Source: Candidatus Hodarchaeaceae archaeon
Lineage (GTDB): Archaea > Hadarchaeota > Hadarchaeia > Hadarchaeales > Hadarchaeaceae
DNA length: 23,610 nt
Assembly (NCBI GenBank): GCA_030018135.1
Contig: JASEGJ010000018.1
Span: forward strand, 1 to 23,610
Direction of reading: 5' to 3'
The translations under genes and the position numbers were made by a program. Shown here piece by piece: positions 18,154-23,610 of this stretch (positions are counted from its first letter, which is position 1; each line of letters begins with the position of its first letter). The notes below the pieces were generated by a model that saw only the letters and a list, made by a program, of their open reading frames with translations, was not told the origin of the DNA and did no database searches.

Positions 18154-19059
18154 CTAAACACTATCACGTTGTTTTTTCGTCTGCAGAATATCCTGCATCC
18201 CTCTCCAAGTAGTTTTTTCTAATGTTAATTTTCCCGCCAAGATGTTTTTGAGCAGGTATATCAAACGGCACGCCATGGAGAGGGTCTTGGCCTCGGCAAT
18301 CAGTCGGCCTGGCACCACGCGGACATCACCCAAGATCTGCCTCCCACCCAGCGAGGCCAAAGGACTCCAATGATCTGGAGGGTATTCGCGTGTCCAGCTG
18401 AAGTACTCCCCACCTTTTTCCCGACCACAGTACTCGAATTCCGGGTCACGCTTCCGTAACTCCGCAACTACATCCCGCTCATCCTCTATATGGAAACTCA
18501 TTTCGGTGAGGATCATTATCTCTTTCCCCTCCGGTAAATCTTCCGGCAAGGGGTTTTCTCGAATAACCTTGACCAAGTCTTGGGGGGTCAATCCGCCCGG
18601 GCCGATCAAGCGATCTATCCACCGTCGTCTGTTCCCTGGCGGCCGCGGAACCAAGCTGAGGTATTGCTCTGCTTCCGCGTCCCACGATGCCCCATGTTCT
18701 TCACTCAATGCATACGCTCCCCACACATACTCGGACAGGAGTTCAATTGTGCCGTCTTCAAATGGAGGGAACACATCACGCATTCTGTTGACAAATTCAT
18801 CGTGCTCTTTCGCAGTTGAATCTTTACCGAACATCATCACGATGCCGCCCTCTAGCAGGCTGATGATGAAAAAGGAGTGAACTAGGCGGCCATCGGGTTG
18901 TTCACGGGCAATCCCTGCCGTTCCAAATCCGGTGGCGCACCACGCATCCCGATCAGGGACGTACACATGAGTCACGGGGCATGAAAGCACGTCAGCTCGT
19001 AAGGACTTCGCGCCATCTGATCCGAAACCGGTTGGTATGGATAGGGCCCGCTTCTTCAT
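18154..19059 (-). CDS. Hypothetical protein, 301 aa
   Basis: Long intact ORF, GGAGG RBS, start overlaps the upstream stop (ATGA). No catalytic motif recognised. Confidence 0.75.
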   Translation of the reverse strand: MKKRALSIPTGFGSDGAKSLRADVLSCPVTHVYVPDRDAWCATGFGTAGIAREQPDGRLVHSFFIISLLEGGIVMMFGKDSTAKEHDEFVNRMRDVFPPFEDGTIELLSEYVWGAYALSEEHGASWDAEAEQYLSLVPRPPGNRRRWIDRLIGPGGLTPQDLVKVIRENPLPEDLPEGKEIMILTEMSFHIEDERDVVAELRKRDPEFEYCGREKGGEYFSWTREYPPDHWSPLASLGGRQILGDVRVVPGRLIAEAKTLSMACRLIYLLKNILAGKLTLEKTTWRGMQDILQTKKQRDSV

Positions 19060-19340
19060 AAATCTCTACCTCCTTTATTTCTAAATCCTAACTCTCTCCG
19101 TTTCCTTTTAAGAAGCCGCTCCACCTCGGCATTACTCACACGGTTGATCTCCTCGAGGTAACTTCGCGGAAAATCTTCGGTCAGCTCCTCAAGCTTGAAT
19201 CGCTCGGCTTCTCGTTCCCAATGTTTTATTAAATCGCTCGACACCCGCCCAGAAAACTCCTTCACGTAGCGCTCGTGTACTTTCTTCTGTGTCAATAATG
19301 CCGCTGGTTTCTTTATTTTACGTTGTTTTCCCAAGCTCAC
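19056..19340 (-). CDS. Small charged helical hypothetical protein, 94 aa
   Basis: Overlaps both neighbours in an operon-like manner. Confidence 0.65.
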   Translation of the reverse strand: MSLGKQRKIKKPAALLTQKKVHERYVKEFSGRVSSDLIKHWEREAERFKLEELTEDFPRSYLEEINRVSNAEVERLLKRKRRELGFRNKGGRDL

Positions 19341-20250
19341 GCAACTCCGCAGATGTTTTCTCCCACTCTACTATTGCTTTCCTCCCCAATCTCTTGACCA
19401 CCCCGTCGCTCACGCTTACCCGTTTCCCCACCCTCACCTTCCTGCATACTTCCCGAAGCTCTTTAAACCCTGCAAAGCGCTCCGCAAATTCCTTCTCCAA
19501 CATCTTGCCCGAGAAGTTGCCTTGCACAGCGAGTGCACTCACTATTGTCCGCCTTGCCCCTCTCGTGATCCAGTAACAGGCAATGTCTTGCATGTCCTTT
19601 CGGGCGGCAACAATACCGCGTAGGATGCTTTCCTTGGCCGCGAGGAGTTCAACAGCGATGTGTTTGGGTGTGACCCGTGTAGCCCGGAGGATCCCCATGA
19701 GGCCAAAATCCAAGATAGTGGCACCGTCCCGCTCCACCAGCTTGAGAAAAATCGGATCCTTTTGTAAAAATCGCTCAAAATCCTGTATGCTCAAAACCTC
19801 AGCATCAAACGTGGGGGTGCGCTGCTCAATAGCGGGTATCCTTGAAAGCATTTGTCCCTTGGCCTCTTCGGACCGAACGATGACAAGGAAGTCCCAATCA
19901 CTGAGTTCATCTGCTCCGCCCCATAATCGGGAGCCGTAGAAGACCAGGCTTTCGAGATTATTCATGGAGTCTCTTAGGAGTTCCGCTAGCTCATTGCTGA
20001 TTTCGGGGACCTTGGTCAAGAACCGGTGAATGCGTACCCACCTTTCGGGTGGCACAAGTAGGTGCTCCCCTCTGCCGACTTTATCGACAAGCAGCGCTCT
20101 TCGCATCTCATGTAGGGCCACGCTAGCGTAGTTCTTACCAACTGCCCAACACCTAGAAGCGGTCAATCTATCAACGACTCGCGGATAGCTACCGTCCAGA
20201 TCAAAATACCGTTTGACAACCCACTCCGCTGGCCACACATCAACACCCAA
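19318..20250 (-). CDS. Pol-beta superfamily nucleotidyltransferase with probable N-terminal wHTH and helical C-terminal domain
   Basis: LVFYGSRLWGGADELSDWDFLVI (GS-x10-DxD). N-terminal ALHEMRRALLVDKVGRGEH resembles a recognition helix plus wing. Confidence 0.8.
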   Translation of the reverse strand: MGVDVWPAEWVVKRYFDLDGSYPRVVDRLTASRCWAVGKNYASVALHEMRRALLVDKVGRGEHLLVPPERWVRIHRFLTKVPEISNELAELLRDSMNNLESLVFYGSRLWGGADELSDWDFLVIVRSEEAKGQMLSRIPAIEQRTPTFDAEVLSIQDFERFLQKDPIFLKLVERDGATILDFGLMGILRATRVTPKHIAVELLAAKESILRGIVAARKDMQDIACYWITRGARRTIVSALAVQGNFSGKMLEKEFAERFAGFKELREVCRKVRVGKRVSVSDGVVKRLGRKAIVEWEKTSAELRELGKTT

Positions 20251-20262
20251 TTTAAAAAAAAC

Positions 20263-20892
20263 TTAGTTATTTATTAAGTTAACTATTTGCTGCCTCCCTA
20301 AATTTTCCCTTGCCCAATTTATCATAGCTTTCGCTTCTTCTAGTGTCTTCTCAAATAGTTCAGCGTCAGCGTACTTCGCGGGGAACTCCACCGTTGATCT
20401 AAGTAATAGAAAAGCGAGAGGGTTGTACTCCACGGCAATTGTTTTGAAACCGAGTCTAAGCGACTCAAGCGGTATAGCGCCTCCTCCTGCCATAGGATCA
20501 ATGACGGTGATTTGCTCGGGTCTCCTCCCCAATCTGGCTAGAACACTTGAGAGTAGTGATCTGTCAGGATCGGTATAAAAAAGAAGCGGCGGAAATTTCG
20601 TGCTAAGCCTCACTTTTGGTATACCTAAAATTTCTTCGAAAACTTTTTTATCAATCTGTGAAGGAAGTAACGAAGCGAGATTAAGTGATCTAGCTATACC
20701 ACAAGGTCTACGAGCAAACCACGTATGTATACTACGTAGCTTGGGATCATAATTACTTCCTTTTCGGCTCAGTCCTAACTTGTCCCGCAGTTCCCCATAT
20801 TTTGGTTTGAATGATTGTTCGAACGAGGCATCAACGCTTAGCGCACGTAACGGTAACCAGCTTTCAATTAACTTTTCTCTCACTTTCATCAT
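20263..20892 (-). pseudogene. DUF1156-family adenine DNA methyltransferase, N-terminal fragment only
   Basis: LIESWLP, IHTWFARRP, SAM-binding DPMAGGGAIPLE, EYNP, EFP. Stops at 209 aa with no DPPY motif. Confidence 0.85.
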
Positions 20893-21407
20893 CTCTTAAG
20901 CTTCTTCTCGGCTATAGAAAAGAAGCTCTTCATAGAAGCGGAGACGGCATCCGCGACTTCTGGTAAAATCGTCCCACTAACTTCACGACTCTTCCTATCT
21001 TGCCTGAGGGTCGTGGAAAGGTCAACCCCCATGAGCATAAAGTTTGCAAAGTGTTCTCCTAGCATAGATTGCGGACCACTGAGTACCTTGCTGAAAACAT
21101 TGCTCCACTTACTCGGGTTTCTACTTCGCCTCAAAAGCAAGATATATGAACCAACAGTAGGAGCAAGGTCTGCCCTCACGAAATACTTCTTTCTTTTGGG
21201 GGTACTCTCGAGAAGCTTGATGCCCCCACAAGTCGATAACGAGGCCAACAATTTCTCATGCGCTTCCCTCGCGGGTTTCCCTGTTAACTTAACAAGTGTG
21301 ATGGGTAGCTTGGCACCTTTCGTCGAGCACAACATCAACTTTAGTTCGCGCCCACGGGGTCCTTCGTAAACTAGAGAATAATCCGATTCCGTCAGGTTGC
21401 CCACCAC
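20889..21407 (-). CDS. Small accessory protein of the DUF499/DUF1156 operon (DUF3780-like position)
   Basis: Intact 172-aa basic ORF overlapping both neighbours; family inferred from position only. Confidence 0.65.
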   Translation of the reverse strand: MVGNLTESDYSLVYEGPRGRELKLMLCSTKGAKLPITLVKLTGKPAREAHEKLLASLSTCGGIKLLESTPKRKKYFVRADLAPTVGSYILLLRRSRNPSKWSNVFSKVLSGPQSMLGEHFANFMLMGVDLSTTLRQDRKSREVSGTILPEVADAVSASMKSFFSIAEKKLKR

Positions 21408-22232
21408 CTTTTGGTGACGAGGGCGAAGAAGGAGATCTTGCTCAAATCTGCTAGCCCCCTTCTACCATGCCCCACAAATAGGATATTGTCCTCCTCGTAT
21501 ACGTCATAGCCGTGATCAGTCGTTATAAGAATGGTCCAAGAAGGAAGTTTAGATTGCTCAAAGATTTGGTAGATTTTCTCCAAGCGGGCGTGAAAGGGTT
21601 GTTCTCTTCTTCGACAAATGAGACAACGTCGCCAATTTGATGATGAAGGGCCCTATCGGGAAGCGGGCATGTACTGAACCCACTTGCGCCAACCGATTTA
21701 GCAAGCTCAGCAGCATAATCACGGAGCCTGTTTTTCTCAACTTGGTTTTGAACGAATGACGTTACACCGATGGGATTAACGAAGACCTGATCGCTCAGAC
21801 CTGCTGCGAGCCCGGTTCTTTTTGCCGTAACCAGAAGTGATGCAAATTCTATAGGTGAAAATGCATCAATGACTAATACATGGTTCGTCCTATTTTTATA
21901 ACGCCTCTCAGCTTCCTCGTAAACACGACGCAGGCTCGCTTCTTGGTCTATGGTCGCCTCTTGGACGCAGCTAGATATGGTATGAACCACGTCGGTTGCG
22001 AGCACGCTGAGTCTTTCCGCGGCCGCGCGAGCACTTTGAATTCCAATCTTGGCTTTAATAGACTGGAGAACCATTTGGTAATCCTTGTATTTCCCCTTTA
22101 GGTTTAAAATAGCTTCCAAGAACGCTGCAAATGTAACGTTATGTATCAATCTTGCTTTATTTACCATTCGAGGGAGTAAGTTATCGAGTTTTCTGAGAAC
22201 TTTTTGATAGCTTCAGGCGGATACAATCTCAT
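21392..22232 (-). pseudogene. Minimal PglZ-like alkaline phosphatase superfamily protein, two frameshifts
   Basis: VLVIDAFS, GVTS, PDRALH, ILITTDHGY, HG across two listed ORFs. Probable true start MRLYPPEAIK at 22232, 2 nt after the upstream stop. Confidence 0.75.
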
Positions 22233-22234
22233 CA

Positions 22235-23467
22235 CTACTTCATCTTTTTGGCTAATTCCTCAAGTACTGCTTTAATCCTATCCGCGGGCAATCCCTTTTT
22301 CAATAAAATCTGAACATCCGCCGGAGCACCGTATCTACTTAAAATCGAGGCAAGCGCACCAGATATGGAGACTAGATCTTCAAATCTGCTTTTTATCTCC
22401 ATCGACATTTCAATGTTTTCTGTTTTCGAGCTGACTTTGATTTTATCTGGTTCACCAAGTCTGCCACCTTTAACTACTTGCGCCAAGCTACGTATGTCAG
22501 GTACGCTTAATCCTGTTAAAACAATTTGGTTCTGCAGTGGGCCGGCAGGTGGTCCTTCTTCGACCGGCGGCCCAACCAGAGGAGCCAGAGGTGCCATCAC
22601 TGCTTTAAATTTCATCGCTCCAGCTTCGATTGCGATCTCAATAAGGCTACCATCAGGGAGCTCTGTTTGAATCCCGTTTAGTCGTTCAACCGCCATTTTG
22701 GCTAGCTCGCCATTTAAGGGAACGATGCCGTAGACGCCCTGTAACAAGCTTTCCACGACATCGTTGACAGATAGTTCAGAGATCAAGCCTTTCTCCAAGC
22801 GCTCTCTGATGTGCTTCTCGACAACTTCTTCCAGTTTGTTTACGTCCTCGACATATCTCGTTACGACAATTCCCTTGAAAAAGCTTCCGAGAATATCAGC
22901 GTACTTATTCAAATCCACGGAAGTCACCTCAGATAAAGATTCGGTAGTTTTCCCAACGAGCTTTGAGATATCTTCGTGCACGAACGCCCTTTTGACTAAA
23001 TCATAAGCAACGATTCGCCGGTACAACGTCAGCAGGTTAGACACGGCCTCACGAGCCAATCGCATCATTCTCGCTTGAGTAGCGCTATTTGCCACGCCAA
23101 CTTCGATTTCAACCCGTTGTTGAATGATTCTCTGCAACTCTCTTCGACTAAGTTCGAACCGTCGAACAGCTGCGCTAGCAACAGCTTTTTCCATGAGCTC
23201 GCCAAGCACACTGGTTTTATCTTGGAGATACTCGAGAAATCCCCTTGATGCCTCATATTCAGCAACAGCATCAAGTAGCGAGTTCAATGTCGCCTCTTTG
23301 ATGTTCGGTACAAGGGAGAGGAGATACAAGGGCCTAGCAATTTTTTCAATTGAATCGTTCATTTTACTAGCAAGCTCGGCGATGAGGCCCGTAAAGCCTT
23401 TCTCATCCAGCCTGTGAGCAAGATAAGCATCCCAAGGATCCCCCATAGAATGTTTCGATCTTTCCAA
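22235..23467 (-). pseudogene. Probable C-terminal part of a DUF499-type ATPase, with no P-loop domain present
   Basis: 410-aa mostly helical ORF with a Pro-rich linker and small C-terminal domain, no Walker A, no clear RBS. Assignment rests on operon position. Confidence 0.5.
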
Positions 23468-23516
23468 ACAACATTAGTGCAAACCTAGAATAAAAATTCT
23501 CCTAGGATGCAAACAT

Positions 23517-23568
23517 TGAGCAGGATTTGAGTGGCTTCTTTGCCCAAATGGAGCTCAAATCTTGCTCA
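23517..23568. repeat. 15-bp inverted repeat next to the tRNA end (arm-site-like)
   Basis: TGAGCAGGATTTGAG (23517-23531) pairs with CTCAAATCTTGCTCA (23554-23568), 14/15. Confidence 0.7.
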
Positions 23569-23584
23569 TTTTACGAGAGTTGAG

Positions 23585-23610
23585 TGGTGGGGTCGCCGAG
23601 ATTTGAACTC
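23585..23610 (-). tRNA. tRNA 3' end (T arm, acceptor strand, encoded CCA), cut by the window edge; Pro is the best guess, anticodon not visible
   Basis: Minus strand reads GAGTTCAAATCTCGGCGACCCCACCA. Confidence 0.88.

Larger units (their letters stand above)
17992..23597 (-). mobile_element. Degenerate tRNA-integrated genomic island (no integrase left)
   Basis: Flanking att-like repeat, related repeated motifs inside both ends, all cargo on the minus strand, visibly more AT-rich distal part, defence-type cargo. Confidence 0.75.

Noticed and set aside
1-23610. CRISPR array, rRNA, integrase or intein
   Set aside because: No regularly spaced repeats, rRNA-like sequence, tyrosine-recombinase motif set or intein-sized insertion seen.

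Overview
Archaeal chromosomal segment (carS, archaeal-type dnaG, pelota, Hjc-like nuclease, GGAGG/GGTGA ribosome-binding sites); the lineage cannot be fixed from sequence alone. Intact housekeeping genes (about 1.7-11.8 kb and 14.1-17.7 kb) alternate with three decayed accessory blocks. (1) Left end: an IS6-like transposase end inserted into a B12-binding radical SAM gene carrying at least 6 frameshifts. (2) 11.8-14.0 kb: broken membrane and Ig-like surface-protein genes lying between an Lhr helicase and a second metallophosphoesterase. (3) About 18.0-23.6 kb: a roughly 5.6 kb island downstream of a minus-strand tRNA 3' end, bounded by a duplicated tRNA end (att core) and repeated arm-like motifs. 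It carries remnants of a BREX-related/restriction-like operon (probable DUF499 C-terminus, minimal PglZ-like phosphoesterase, small accessory gene, truncated DUF1156 methyltransferase) and an intact three-gene unit headed by a wHTH-nucleotidyltransferase-helical fusion. Not shown in the ORF track: a 56-aa protein with four CxxC motifs, and a 16-18 bp palindrome that occurs twice, 11.9 kb apart. Family assignments come from motif recognition by eye; no searches were run.
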